A stretch of DNA of 62,394 nt from a virus (taxonomy: Duplodnaviria > Caudoviricetes): positions 1-62,394 of the IMG/VR virus record IMGVR_UViG_3300037483_001825; one strand, given 5' to 3'. Position 1 is the stretch's first letter, and the number at the start of each line of letters is the position of its first letter. The position numbers were made by a program, and so were the translations under genes. Shown here piece after piece: positions 1 through 9,561 of the stretch. Below the pieces are notes generated by a model that did no database searches, was not told the DNA's origin, and saw nothing but the letters and a program-made list of their open reading frames with translations.

Positions 1-1104
1 ATGAAATTTATAGATCTATTTGCCGGCATTGGAGGGTTCAGATATGGACTTGAAAAAGCTAGCTCAAAGTTTAGATGCGAATACTCGAATGAGTGGGATA
101 AATATGCAAACCAAATCTACAAAAAACACTATGGAGAATGCGACATCCGGGATATCAGAACAGTCGATACAAAAGACATCCCCGACCACGATCTCTTCTG
201 TGCTGGCTTTCCTTGTCAATCATTTAGCATCGCAGGAAAAAGATTGGGATTTGAAGACACCAGAGGGACGATGTTTTTTGAAATCGCTCGGATTATCAGA
301 AACAAAAGACCCCAATATTTTCTCCTTGAAAATGTTAAAGGGCTACTTAGTCATGACCAAGGAAAAACTTTCCAGACAATACTTGGGGTTCTCTCCGATC
401 TGGGGTATGAGTATCAATGGCAAGTTCTTAACAGCAAGAATTTCGGAGTTCCCCAAAACAGGGAAAGAGTGTTCATTGTCGGACATCTTAGAGAAACGAG
501 TCGACCAGAAATATTTCCTATCGGAGAAAGCTACGCAGTTCTTAATAAGAAGAAGCCGGCAAAACAAAGAATCGGGCCGAGGATTTCGAGCACGATTGAT
601 GCCCGTTATGGGTCCCTGCGAAATTCAGGAGAAACCTACCTCCACTACATAGGTGGAGTAACTGGAAAAAGAGATATGTTGATAAAAGACAACAAACAAA
701 ACAGTAGAAATTTTAGCCAAGGTCAGCGCGTGTATGCAGCTGATGGGATTGCTTCTACTCTAGCAGGTAATGCCGGTGGGCTTGGTGGAAAAACCGGCCT
801 GTATGCAATTCCTGTACTAACTCCTGATAGAAAAAGGAAACGCCAAAATGGTCGGAGGTTTAAAACCAATGGCGAGCCAGCGTTTACTCTTACAAGCCAG
901 GATCGACACGGAGTATTTGATGGTTTGAAGATCAGAAGACTAACTCCTACTGAATGTGAGCGCCTGCAAGGTTTTCCTGATGATTGGACACAAGATTTGA
1001 GCGATACCCAACGATACAAGTGTTTGGGCAACGCAGTCACAACAACAGTAATAACAAAAATAGGCAAATTGCTTATTCAAACAAAGGAGGTGAATCAACT
1101 ATGA
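1..1104 (+). CDS. dcm: C5 cytosine DNA methyltransferase
   Basis: LFAGIGG (motif I), GFPCQ (catalytic Cys), ENV, QNRER, C-terminal RRLTPTECERLQGF..GNAV. Confidence 0.95.
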   Translation: MKFIDLFAGIGGFRYGLEKASSKFRCEYSNEWDKYANQIYKKHYGECDIRDIRTVDTKDIPDHDLFCAGFPCQSFSIAGKRLGFEDTRGTMFFEIARIIRNKRPQYFLLENVKGLLSHDQGKTFQTILGVLSDLGYEYQWQVLNSKNFGVPQNRERVFIVGHLRETSRPEIFPIGESYAVLNKKKPAKQRIGPRISSTIDARYGSLRNSGETYLHYIGGVTGKRDMLIKDNKQNSRNFSQGQRVYAADGIASTLAGNAGGLGGKTGLYAIPVLTPDRKRKRQNGRRFKTNGEPAFTLTSQDRHGVFDGLKIRRLTPTECERLQGFPDDWTQDLSDTQRYKCLGNAVTTTVITKIGKLLIQTKEVNQL

Positions 1105-1274
1105 AAGCAGGATCTAAAGGATCAACGCCTAAAAACCCAAAGTATCATTTTGAAGGCACAAAAAATAATAAAAGCGGAAATAAAGTTTATATGGTCGTTG
1201 AACTAAAAACAAGCAAAATTCTCGAGTGGAATGAAAAAACCTTTAAGAAAAATGAATCTCAAGTTGAGTACTAA
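1101..1274 (+). CDS. small basic phage hypothetical protein
   Basis: ATG 1101 after AAGGAGGTGA SD, ATGA overlap with dcm; 3' part of ORF 984..1274. Confidence 0.7.
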   Translation: MKAGSKGSTPKNPKYHFEGTKNNKSGNKVYMVVELKTSKILEWNEKTFKKNESQVEY

Positions 1275-1278
1275 AAAT

Positions 1279-1542
1279 ATGATTAAAACAAAACCAGAAT
1301 TACTAGAAGAAATATATAACAAGGTACATGAGGAAATCATCCGCATGGAGATTGCGATTGGCACATTGACCGATGTTCCGGATGACAAAGTGATAGAAAC
1401 GGTGGTCAAAAAATCTCCTCTAGGTGCCAGAGAGGAAAATTTAACCAAGAAGGATATTCTGGCCAGATATTCTGAGGACATCGAAAAACGCAGAAAAGTC
1501 CTAAATATTATCGAAACAATGCGTGACAAAGAAAAATTGTGA
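1279..1542 (+). CDS. phage hypothetical protein
   Basis: ORF 1231..1542; likely start ATG 1279 just after previous stop. Confidence 0.65.
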   Translation: MIKTKPELLEEIYNKVHEEIIRMEIAIGTLTDVPDDKVIETVVKKSPLGAREENLTKKDILARYSEDIEKRRKVLNIIETMRDKEKL

Positions 1543-1545
1543 CCT

Positions 1546-1698
1546 ATGAATCAAAAGAAAACCAAGATGCTCAAAAAACTGGCTAAAAGCTATGGTGTTC
1601 CGTTTAATGCCATGAAAAAACGTTATGCCAGCTTGAACAACATACAAAGAGATCAGTTGGCTAAAGAGTTACAGCGAATTAACAGAAATAGCTTATGA
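1546..1698 (+). CDS. small basic hypothetical protein (50 aa, MNQKKTKMLKKLAKSYGV...)
   Basis: Read manually; fills operon gap, ATGA-coupled to next ORF. Confidence 0.55.
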   Translation: MNQKKTKMLKKLAKSYGVPFNAMKKRYASLNNIQRDQLAKELQRINRNSL

Positions 1699-1871
1699 AA
1701 AATGTGATTTATCCATTACTAAAAGAAGGACATGTCTCAAGAAAATTGCAGGAAGAAACACGCAGACGATTGATCCCATTACTGCCAGTAGATGGTCCCG
1801 TGATACCTATTTATTCTCGCTTAATTCTAAAAATAAAGTTGCTTATTAAAAAGGTATTAAAACAATTATGA
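1695..1871 (+). CDS. small hypothetical protein (58 aa, MKNVIYPLLKEG...)
   Basis: Read manually; ATGA overlaps at both ends. Confidence 0.55.
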   Translation: MKNVIYPLLKEGHVSRKLQEETRRRLIPLLPVDGPVIPIYSRLILKIKLLIKKVLKQL

Positions 1872-3127
1872 CCGACAAAACATATCCTACTATTACCATC
1901 ACATCACTAAGATTTGCCGAGTATAACCCAAGGAAAGTCTCCAGAAGCGTGATTGAGCAGCTCAAGAGATCGCTCACTGAGTTTGGGTGTCCGGTCCCCG
2001 TTGTAATCAATACTCACAAAGATAGAAAAAACGTTGTTGTTGGAGGAGAAAAACGGGTGCGGGCAGCAACAGAGCTGGGATGGACAGAGGTGCCTTACTC
2101 TACTGTCTCTTTACCGCTTGAAAAAGAAAAAGCTCTCAATCTGGCACTGAATAAAATTGAAGATCAGTGGGACGAAGAAAAACTGGCTCAAGTTATAACA
2201 GACCTCACGCAATCAGATTTTGATATCTCAATTACCGGATTTAACGAGGTTGAAGTCAGTAACCTTCTTGATACCACAATGCTTCTGGAAGCTGAAGATG
2301 AGAAACCCTGGGACACGGAAGAAGAAATTAGGCAAATTACAGACCCAATTTCCAAATATGGAGAGGTATACCAAATCGGTCCCCACAGGCTCATGTGCGG
2401 CGATTCTACGAACCCAGAGGACATTAAAAAGCTAATGGATGGCAAGTCTGCGGATATGGTATTTACTGACCCACCTTATAACGTTGCTCACACAAGTAAA
2501 GAAAAACAAGGTAAGTTCCACACGGAAAAAGGAATTATCCTTGGGGATGATCAAAGCCAAGAGGACTTCAAAAAATTTACAGAAGGATTTTTCAATAGTA
2601 TGAGAGAAGCCCTCAAACCTGGTGGCATTATTTATGTTTGCACCGGATACACTTCCTACCCCTTATTTTATTACCAGATGTTTAATTCTGGTTTTGTATT
2701 TAGTAGCGCGATTGTCTGGGTGAAGCCATCATTTGCCGTCGGTTGGAGTGATTATAAAAAGCAATACGAGCAGATTATGAAGGGTAAAAGAGGTAAAGGA
2801 AAAACCAAGGCAGAAAGTATTATTTACGGTTGGAAACAAGGAGAAAAACATATCTTCACTGGCGAAGCAAATGAAAGCGATGTCTGGGATATGCCCAGAA
2901 AAGCGGTTACTGAGATGGTTCACCCTACTGAGAAACCGGAGTGGCTAATTATGAAAGCTGTCAAAGGTGGTAGTAGGCGCGGACAGGTGGTCCTTGATTT
3001 ATTCGGAGGGTCTGGCAGCACGCTTATTGCAGCACATAAAATTGGCAGAGTTGCATACCTAATGGAGCGAGATGAGAAGTTTTGTGACTTGATTCGCAAA
3101 AGAACCAAACGTCTCAAATTAAATTAA
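1868..3127 (+). CDS. ParB-like domain / N6-N4 DNA methyltransferase fusion
   Basis: N-terminal ParB-type YNPR..GGEKRVRAA; DPPY, HPTEKP, DLFGGSGS; typical upstream of terminase. Confidence 0.92.
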   Translation: MTDKTYPTITITSLRFAEYNPRKVSRSVIEQLKRSLTEFGCPVPVVINTHKDRKNVVVGGEKRVRAATELGWTEVPYSTVSLPLEKEKALNLALNKIEDQWDEEKLAQVITDLTQSDFDISITGFNEVEVSNLLDTTMLLEAEDEKPWDTEEEIRQITDPISKYGEVYQIGPHRLMCGDSTNPEDIKKLMDGKSADMVFTDPPYNVAHTSKEKQGKFHTEKGIILGDDQSQEDFKKFTEGFFNSMREALKPGGIIYVCTGYTSYPLFYYQMFNSGFVFSSAIVWVKPSFAVGWSDYKKQYEQIMKGKRGKGKTKAESIIYGWKQGEKHIFTGEANESDVWDMPRKAVTEMVHPTEKPEWLIMKAVKGGSRRGQVVLDLFGGSGSTLIAAHKIGRVAYLMERDEKFCDLIRKRTKRLKLN

Positions 3128-3129
3128 AT

Positions 3130-3732
3130 ATGGCAACCAGAAAAAAGAAAAATTCAACGATAAAGCTGGCAACTTCTAAGTTGTCAGGAGAGACAGAACA
3201 ACAATATGTTGCGTGGCTTGTGTACTGCGATTCTGGGACCCTTGATAAACTCTTTCGCCTCTGGGAAGGACTTCACCAAGGCTTCACTGAAACTTCACCG
3301 GAATTAGCTGGTATACGAGGTCGTTTGGGAGATCTTGTAACAAGAAGAACTCTTGCTACGTGGTCAAAGAAATTTCAATGGGTTATGCGCCGAGACATGA
3401 AGCTTGCAGAAGACCTTGAAGCACTCCGTGAAGAAACAAAGCGCATAGCTACAAACCGAAAACACAAAGTAGCAGAAGCTTTTAAGCGCACGCTCGACCT
3501 GAAAATTAGACAGCTGCGAAAAGGAGAAATTGTCTCGACTAGTGATGTTAAAGCTTTATGGGAAATGTTTAGGACAGAACTTGGTCTGTCTACGGGAAAG
3601 TCTGAAATAGCTCATACCATTAATGAAGAAGATCAGAAGCCACCAACACCAGAGGAAGACGAGCTAGGAAAAGAAATTGACCAAGCAATCAAAGACTATT
3701 ATGACAAAAAACGAAGAGCATCAAAAAAATAG
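3130..3732 (+). CDS. terS: putative terminase small subunit
   Basis: Immediately upstream of terL; helical protein with WSKKFQW motif. Confidence 0.6.
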   Translation: MATRKKKNSTIKLATSKLSGETEQQYVAWLVYCDSGTLDKLFRLWEGLHQGFTETSPELAGIRGRLGDLVTRRTLATWSKKFQWVMRRDMKLAEDLEALREETKRIATNRKHKVAEAFKRTLDLKIRQLRKGEIVSTSDVKALWEMFRTELGLSTGKSEIAHTINEEDQKPPTPEEDELGKEIDQAIKDYYDKKRRASKK

Positions 3733-5257
3733 TATTTTATTTTGGATCACAGAGAACGAAATAAAAAATGAGAATGGCAATCCCATTGAGTTCGAGGATC
3801 ATAATTTCATGCTTGATGTCTATTCAGACCGCTCACCGGTTCAGGTAATCCGCAAAGGCTCCCAGGTTGGCGCCAGTACGATGGAGATATTACGAGCCTT
3901 TCATGCTGCCCGTTTCTGGGGCATCAACCAGATATACACGCTTCCAACGGTCGATGATGTAAGCGAATTTGTCAAAAGCAAGGTTAACAGACTTATAAAA
4001 GTAAACCCATGCATCTTGGAAGGCGTCAGCTCAAGAGATACCGATTCGATTGAACAAAAGCAGATCGGTAAGTCGTTTCTCTTTTTCAAGGGAACCTTCA
4101 CTGAAAAAGAAGCCATCATGCTTACCTCAGACCGCAATATTCATGACGAACTGGATAAATCCAAGCCAGAAGTGGTTAGAGATTACACCTCCCGTATGGG
4201 CTACTCAAAAATAAGAAGCCAACACTTCTTCTCAACTCCTACTACTCCAGACTATGGTGTAGACAAGATTTTTGAGCAATCAGATCAGAAGCACTGGCGA
4301 TTTAATTGTCCATACTGCAATTTCAGACAACATATGGATTGGGATAAAAATGTGGATGAAAGTCGTGGAATTTATATTTGCCACAAGTGCAGAAAAGAAA
4401 TAACTCCAACAGAGATCAATAAATTAGGCAGTTGGGAAGCCCGTTATCCGGGAAGATCAATTTCAGGGTATTGGATCAGCCAGATGCATTGTCCCTGGAA
4501 AAGTGCAGCGGATCTAATCAAAGAAAAAAAAGATGCTGATGACGATACTTACTTTTTCAACTTTGTTTTGGGTTTGCCATATTTATCAAGTGAGCAAAAA
4601 ATACCCTCAAGCCTCTTTGTTCGCAACATGACTGACTCAAAGGTCAACTCCTCAGAAGAATATAGCGTGATGGGTATTGATACCGGAATGGGTTCTGGCA
4701 AGGGAAATCACGTAATGATTGGCAATAAGCTGGGTATTTTCTGGATAGGTATTCTCCAGGATCAAGAAGGCCAAGATCGATGGAAACAAACCAGTGACCT
4801 CATAAAATTCTTTGATGTTAGAGTAATAGTAATCGATGGGCAGCCCTATACTCAAGAAGCCTTTGCTTTAGCCAAGGAATTTCCTTACAGAGTTTACCTA
4901 AGCTGGTTCAAGGACGACCCGAAAATGCTCGAAGTGGTCAGATTTTTTGATGAAAAAGAAAGTAAAAACACAGAGTTTGAAGATGAAATAAAAGTACTCT
5001 CTTCCCGTACAAGAATAATGGACGAGACTATTTCTGCTCTAAGGCAGGGAAATATAAAATTTGCGGTCTCTTCTGACCATCCGGCATTTAAGGTGCTGAT
5101 AAAACACGCTCAGACCATGTATGCACGCACAGTGACGGATAAGCTGGGGCAATCAAAGCGCGAATGGGCTAATACTGGCCCTAATGACTTCTGGTTAGCA
5201 CTTATCTACTGGCATATAGCATTGAGAAAAAGATTGAAATATGAGCCAAACAAATAA
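3677..5257 (+). CDS. terL: terminase large subunit (GpA-like); likely start 3701
   Basis: RKGSQVGAST Walker A-like, HDELD Walker B, STPT, CPYC/CHKC Zn finger, MGIDTG nuclease motif, C-terminal NDF. Confidence 0.9.
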   Translation: MTKQSKTIMTKNEEHQKNSILFWITENEIKNENGNPIEFEDHNFMLDVYSDRSPVQVIRKGSQVGASTMEILRAFHAARFWGINQIYTLPTVDDVSEFVKSKVNRLIKVNPCILEGVSSRDTDSIEQKQIGKSFLFFKGTFTEKEAIMLTSDRNIHDELDKSKPEVVRDYTSRMGYSKIRSQHFFSTPTTPDYGVDKIFEQSDQKHWRFNCPYCNFRQHMDWDKNVDESRGIYICHKCRKEITPTEINKLGSWEARYPGRSISGYWISQMHCPWKSAADLIKEKKDADDDTYFFNFVLGLPYLSSEQKIPSSLFVRNMTDSKVNSSEEYSVMGIDTGMGSGKGNHVMIGNKLGIFWIGILQDQEGQDRWKQTSDLIKFFDVRVIVIDGQPYTQEAFALAKEFPYRVYLSWFKDDPKMLEVVRFFDEKESKNTEFEDEIKVLSSRTRIMDETISALRQGNIKFAVSSDHPAFKVLIKHAQTMYARTVTDKLGQSKREWANTGPNDFWLALIYWHIALRKRLKYEPNK

Positions 5258-5462
5258 ACTAACTACCAATACCATCATGGTCAGTAAGGCTGAGCAGAAG
5301 ATTATTCAGGATATTCGCAGCGTAAAATTTGGACGAGTGGAAATCTTTATTCAAAACGGCAAGCCCTACAGAAAAGAAGTGACCGAGCAACAAAGAATTT
5401 CTCCTGAAGATGGCGGGAGTGCTGGAGAAGTTTCTAAAAAGCAGAGTGCTGTAGAAATCTAG
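5241..5462 (+). CDS. DUF2292/YezD-like small protein
   Basis: IRSVKFGRVEIFIQNGKPYRKEVTEQQR fits the DUF2292 pattern (I.[FY]G.V.I.IQ[DN]GK...E..E..R). Confidence 0.7.
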   Translation: MSQTNKLTTNTIMVSKAEQKIIQDIRSVKFGRVEIFIQNGKPYRKEVTEQQRISPEDGGSAGEVSKKQSAVEI

Positions 5463-5469
5463 CAGAAAT

Positions 5470-5497
5470 TTGACTTCTTGAGGAAGTTGATGATAAT
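5470..5497 (+). promoter_or_regulatory. sigma70-like promoter at left edge of island 1
   Basis: TTGACT-16nt-GATAAT. Confidence 0.4.
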
Positions 5498-5513
5498 TGC
5501 TTATTGAAAACCT

Positions 5514-5636
5514 ATGAAACAAGAAAACTACGCCGATCCAAAACTAGAAAAACGCCTCGCCAGCTTCTTTGGGATAGTGTATGTAATCGTTATCATTTTA
5601 TTAGCACTTAGCGGACTATTATGGCTACTCAGATAA
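5514..5636 (+). CDS. 40-aa single-pass membrane peptide
   Basis: Read manually: MKQENYADPKLEKRLASFFGIVYVIVIILLALSGLLWLLR. Confidence 0.5.
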   Translation: MKQENYADPKLEKRLASFFGIVYVIVIILLALSGLLWLLR

Positions 5637-5809
5637 CAAAGCAAGATTTTCAGAAGTATGTGCGCGTTCAGCGATCGGGTAAAACAAACATGTTTGACGT
5701 AGCAATGGTTGAGAGCCTGTCCGGATTATCACGCAATAAGATCATCGACATAATAAAAAACTACAACGAGTATATAAAACACTGGAAAGTGTCCCCTGTT
5801 GGCGCTTGA
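5621..5809 (+). CDS. DUF5049-like small protein
   Basis: VQRSGKTNMFDV resembles the R.SG.TNMFD motif of DUF5049. Confidence 0.55.
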   Translation: MATQITKQDFQKYVRVQRSGKTNMFDVAMVESLSGLSRNKIIDIIKNYNEYIKHWKVSPVGA

Positions 5810-5844
5810 CTTACTTGAGGTGTTTACATATGTTTGGGTTCAGA

Positions 5845-5991
5845 ATGAAAGCCACAGTATTAAAAACCACCACAGACAAAGAACAAGTCAAAAAACTAAT
5901 CATTAAAAAGGTTGTACAGGCAGAAAAACTTGTTTTAGAAATAAAAGAACTCATTAAGAAGACCGACTTACTTCAGGAAAATAGACGCTAG
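5845..5991 (+). CDS. small coiled-coil hypothetical protein
   Basis: 3' part of ORF 5806..5991, ATG 5845. Confidence 0.4.
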   Translation: MKATVLKTTTDKEQVKKLIIKKVVQAEKLVLEIKELIKKTDLLQENRR

Positions 5992-6044
5992 CTTCCCCCA
6001 TCTCCGTATTTTTTCGCTATAATTGACTAAGAACGTAAGTAAAA

Positions 6045-6072
6045 TGTTACTTTTCTTATGCCGTCCCGTTTA
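6045..6072 (+). promoter_or_regulatory. candidate ECF autoregulatory promoter
   Basis: TGTTAC-16nt-CGTTTA upstream of ECF sigma gene; overlaps CCGTCCC/GGGACGG inverted repeat. Confidence 0.45.
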
Positions 6073-6108
6073 CTTAAGTAAAGAGGTGGGACGGGACTAA
6101 CTAAAAAC

Positions 6109-6612
6109 ATGATGAAACCACCTTTTGAAAATGTAGTCAAAGACTACATCCGACTAGTTTATTTTTTTGCTAAAAAGTCCCTGTCTCAGCAGGAAGATGT
6201 TGATGACGCTGTACAAGAAACATTTTTAAAAGCTATGAAAGCATACGAAAACTTTAATTTTAAAAGCGAAGGCCAACTCAAAAGCTGGCTACTTACTATC
6301 TGCAGACACGTCATAACTGACATGTTCAGATCAAATAAAAACCATCTATCAATTGAACAAAACAACATTCAGTTGTTTGACGACAGCGATGTGGAGGTTT
6401 TGCTGGAAGCAAAGATCACCCATGAAGAAGATATTAATAAAGTTACTTCTGCACTAAAAAAACTAAAGCCACTTGAGCAGGAAATCATCAGACTGCGTGT
6501 CAATGAAGAAATGTCTTTTGACGATATAGCCAATGCCCTTGACTCCAAGGAGCCAGCAGTAAAAATGCGTTTTTATAGAGCTGTTGTAAAACTCAAAGAA
6601 TCACTGATATGA
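6109..6612 (+). CDS. ECF RNA polymerase sigma factor
   Basis: Region 2 DDAVQETFLKA..KSWLLTICRH; region 4 MSFDDIANAL..AVKMRFYRA. Confidence 0.93.
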   Translation: MMKPPFENVVKDYIRLVYFFAKKSLSQQEDVDDAVQETFLKAMKAYENFNFKSEGQLKSWLLTICRHVITDMFRSNKNHLSIEQNNIQLFDDSDVEVLLEAKITHEEDINKVTSALKKLKPLEQEIIRLRVNEEMSFDDIANALDSKEPAVKMRFYRAVVKLKESLI

Positions 6613-7628
6613 AACTAAAAAATATTATCCGATCATACTTTCTTAAAGAGAGCAAAAATGAGTTTAAGCACATCAGTATGTTGGAGAAACAAATCTTGGC
6701 CCGAGTAAAGGAAGAAAAAGAACTAGAAGCAGATCTGAATAAATCATTTTCTCCACCCCAAAATCCATTTTGGTCGTTTCGTTTACCACTAGCTTTCGCA
6801 ACCATAGTTGTCCTTGTTTTGTTTGTAGGTTTCATGAGTAGTAAATCACCTGCTTTAGCCAAGGGGTCTATCATCGATGCACTTATCAGTCTTAAAAACC
6901 AACTGCAGCAAGAGCTCACAGACTTGCTCAGTAACGACCCTTCCTACAGAGATAAAAATACCCAGAAATATAAACAAGCGCAACAAGAATGGTGCACAGT
7001 CAGTGCCAGGCCTGCTGAAGACCAGGAAAAAGCTGTATCATCTATAAGAGAATTTCTGGATAGACCGGATGCCAACGCCACCTACGAATGTATCAGGAAT
7101 CCAAACGAAAACGAGGATGAACAACCAAGAGTCGAAAGCTACATAGTGGACTTTGATCGGTTTATTATCGATACAGAAACAAACCTCATTGTCGAAATGT
7201 CGCCCAAAGAAGGTAGCTGGGGAACAAATAAGGATGGCTCTCGCTGGTTTAGCCCTCAAAAAGACTATGACTATACACCGCGCTACACACTAGCTGAAGC
7301 AGAAATCCTAGCCCGCGAGTTCATCCAGGGCCATCAAAAAGCGATCGGGGAAATAGATCTCAGTAAACTAACCCTTGAGGCTGGAAGTAAAGGCGAGAAT
7401 GATCAAAATACTAACTTTTTCTTTACCTGGAAAGGTGAACAAAAAAAGAGGAAGCTAGATCACCCCTACACGACCTGCAGAGCAGATATAAATAAGGAAG
7501 ATGCTGATAGTTTCCAAGATGGACTTCCCTGCATTACAGTCAAGGAAGAATTTTTTACACCTCAACTCTCCATTACTTTCACCCAAGGCGGGCAATTGTT
7601 TAGCTTTATTAACGAGCTAGGTGACTAA
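6609..7628 (+). CDS. putative anti-sigma factor (single TM, extracellular domain)
   Basis: ATGA-coupled to ECF sigma; TM LAFATIVVLVLFVGF. Confidence 0.7.
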   Translation: MKLKNIIRSYFLKESKNEFKHISMLEKQILARVKEEKELEADLNKSFSPPQNPFWSFRLPLAFATIVVLVLFVGFMSSKSPALAKGSIIDALISLKNQLQQELTDLLSNDPSYRDKNTQKYKQAQQEWCTVSARPAEDQEKAVSSIREFLDRPDANATYECIRNPNENEDEQPRVESYIVDFDRFIIDTETNLIVEMSPKEGSWGTNKDGSRWFSPQKDYDYTPRYTLAEAEILAREFIQGHQKAIGEIDLSKLTLEAGSKGENDQNTNFFFTWKGEQKKRKLDHPYTTCRADINKEDADSFQDGLPCITVKEEFFTPQLSITFTQGGQLFSFINELGD

Positions 7629-7953
7629 TTTGATCCTTAAAGTAAGCCGAATAAGAGAAGTGTTAAACCAATAAAAAACAGACTGCATTTACTACATTCA
7701 CGCTAGCGATGGGGGAACCCACTCCAGCGTATCCTTCGCAGAGCTTGAGCTAAATATAGACCGGTAACTCCAATAGTTCTTCCCATAGCGACTTACACAA
7801 AACACCACTAACAAACAGGACTTGACATTCTCAAATTGTTTTGCAATCATTGATGTATGAGAAGTAAGAAATGTAAGATTACGCTTACCATACATAACCC
7901 ATCTAGCTTCAGATCGATTTACACCAAGAGTCTTTCAAATCTCTTTCCCTTGC

Positions 7954-7987
7954 AAACCCCGATTAACAGCGAAGTCTGGGTTTTTTT
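7954..7987 (+). terminator. hairpin plus T-tract in leader of 8029 gene
   Basis: AAACCCCGATT..AAGTCTGGGTTTTTTT imperfect stem. Confidence 0.35.
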
Positions 7988-8028
7988 ATAACTAAAGCTG
8001 TAGAAAGGAGGTGAAAAAATAAAAAGCT

Positions 8029-8811
8029 ATGAAGGTACACAATCAACTTTCCAAAAAGTATCTCGCAATCCTTCCCTTGCTGGCAGTATTTGTACTCGTT
8101 GGTGTGGTTGCATCTAAGACGACACCAGTCGGAGCACAACAAGATCCAGTTCAGGCGAAAATAGAATCCTTAACCAAGAAACTTCAGGATGCTATTGCTG
8201 ATGCTCAACAAAACGGCGAGTTTACAACCAATGAGTTTGGTGAAAGAGTCTATGCCGGTGAGACAGCAGAGCAGATGAAGAAGCTCCATGACGATGTCTC
8301 GAATGAGATTCGGGAGTTGGATGCCCGTCCAGAAGCTGAGAGAGCTGTAACGATTAACACAATTAACGACTGGAATGATCGTTTTCTCTACAAAGTTCCG
8401 GACCAGCCAAGACAGGAAGTACAGTATTCTCGAAAAATTGGCGGCATTCAGAACTTCAAGAAAGATGGAGTTGAGGTCTATTTTTCCCAGGATTATGCGT
8501 ACCAAGTTGATGTTGCCACCGGAAAAGTTCTAGATGCATACATTCGGCCAAAAGAAGTTGGCGAGCCCAAAGAGTTCATGGATATGACTCCTCGCTATGA
8601 CGCAGCTCAGTTAGAGCAAATGGCCAAAGATGTAATTGCAACTCAGAACTTAGGTGTCGACCTTGACAAACTTGAACTCGAAAGAGGTCAAAAAGTCGGT
8701 ACGTATTTCTATACCTGGCATGGAGAAGATGGTAAATCCCTACAAGTGGCATTTACTCAAGGCGGGCAATTGATCGGCTATACCAATGCAGGCTTTTTTG
8801 ACAATCTATGA
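8029..8811 (+). CDS. secreted protein paralogous to anti-sigma ectodomain
   Basis: Signal peptide, strong SD; shares TPRY..A, DL.KL.LE.G.K, F.TW.GE, FTQGGQL with 6609 gene. Confidence 0.8.
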   Translation: MKVHNQLSKKYLAILPLLAVFVLVGVVASKTTPVGAQQDPVQAKIESLTKKLQDAIADAQQNGEFTTNEFGERVYAGETAEQMKKLHDDVSNEIRELDARPEAERAVTINTINDWNDRFLYKVPDQPRQEVQYSRKIGGIQNFKKDGVEVYFSQDYAYQVDVATGKVLDAYIRPKEVGEPKEFMDMTPRYDAAQLEQMAKDVIATQNLGVDLDKLELERGQKVGTYFYTWHGEDGKSLQVAFTQGGQLIGYTNAGFFDNL

Positions 8812-9428
8812 AAAAACTAAACGTTCTATCTAAATTGTTTTTAAGCTTGGCAGTGGTAGCCGGCATTGCTCTCTTCGGAGCTGCCCAGGGAGTCTCTGCA
8901 TATAACGAGAGGACGATTATCTGTTCCGGCGGTGCATACTTTGACAGGTATGGACCAGGTCAATACTGGTGGGAGCACGGGAGTATGGGGTGGTGTCACA
9001 ATCCAAACAACTGGTGCGAAAATGGACAATGTTCAAACCAGTCGCCATACAACGGTGCCCCGTACAGTATGTGGAAGACCTACTCAGGTTGTTCTCTGAG
9101 CAACTATGCGAGATGGAATATGGGTAACATTGCCCAGTGGAGTTACTGGTACACTTTTGTGCCAAGCAACTACGCGACGACGACAAATGCCCCATATCAG
9201 ATTACCTACAACGGCGGAAGCGGTTATAGCTTCTCGATCAACCAAAATGCTTACTATAATCGATGGATATCGTTGCCAACAACAAGCAACTATTACCAGA
9301 TTATGAACACCTGGTTGACCGACGTAACCTGTGAGGGTTCTACTACACAGATAGGTTTCGATGAAACTGAGATCTGTAAAGAAGCCAATTCGTCCAGCGC
9401 CTACTGTCCAGGTAGCCATAATCCTTAA
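8808..9428 (+). CDS. secreted Cys/aromatic-rich protein with golvesin/CBM-like beta-sandwich
   Basis: Signal peptide ..GVSA; YARW..FVPSNYATTTNAPY.I...INQ....WISL. Confidence 0.6.
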   Translation: MKKLNVLSKLFLSLAVVAGIALFGAAQGVSAYNERTIICSGGAYFDRYGPGQYWWEHGSMGWCHNPNNWCENGQCSNQSPYNGAPYSMWKTYSGCSLSNYARWNMGNIAQWSYWYTFVPSNYATTTNAPYQITYNGGSGYSFSINQNAYYNRWISLPTTSNYYQIMNTWLTDVTCEGSTTQIGFDETEICKEANSSSAYCPGSHNP

Positions 9429-9443
9429 ACCAAGGATGAGGCA

Positions 9444-9476
9444 AGGAATCTAGCTCTGAACAGGGCTAGATTTCCT
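9444..9476 (+). terminator. hairpin after secreted-protein pair
   Basis: AGGAATCTAGCTCTG-AA-CAGGGCTAGATTTCCT. Confidence 0.6.
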
Positions 9477-9561
9477 GTTGGTAAGGGTAATAAGTAAGCA
9501 AAGTAAGAATAATTTGACTTTACTTATCTTTGTGGAGATAATGTTGAGAAACAAAGTAAAT

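Noticed and set aside
20-652. 210-aa alternative-frame ORF in dcm and the many other nested or antisense ORFs
   Set aside because: Fully overlap well-supported genes and show no convincing independent family motifs
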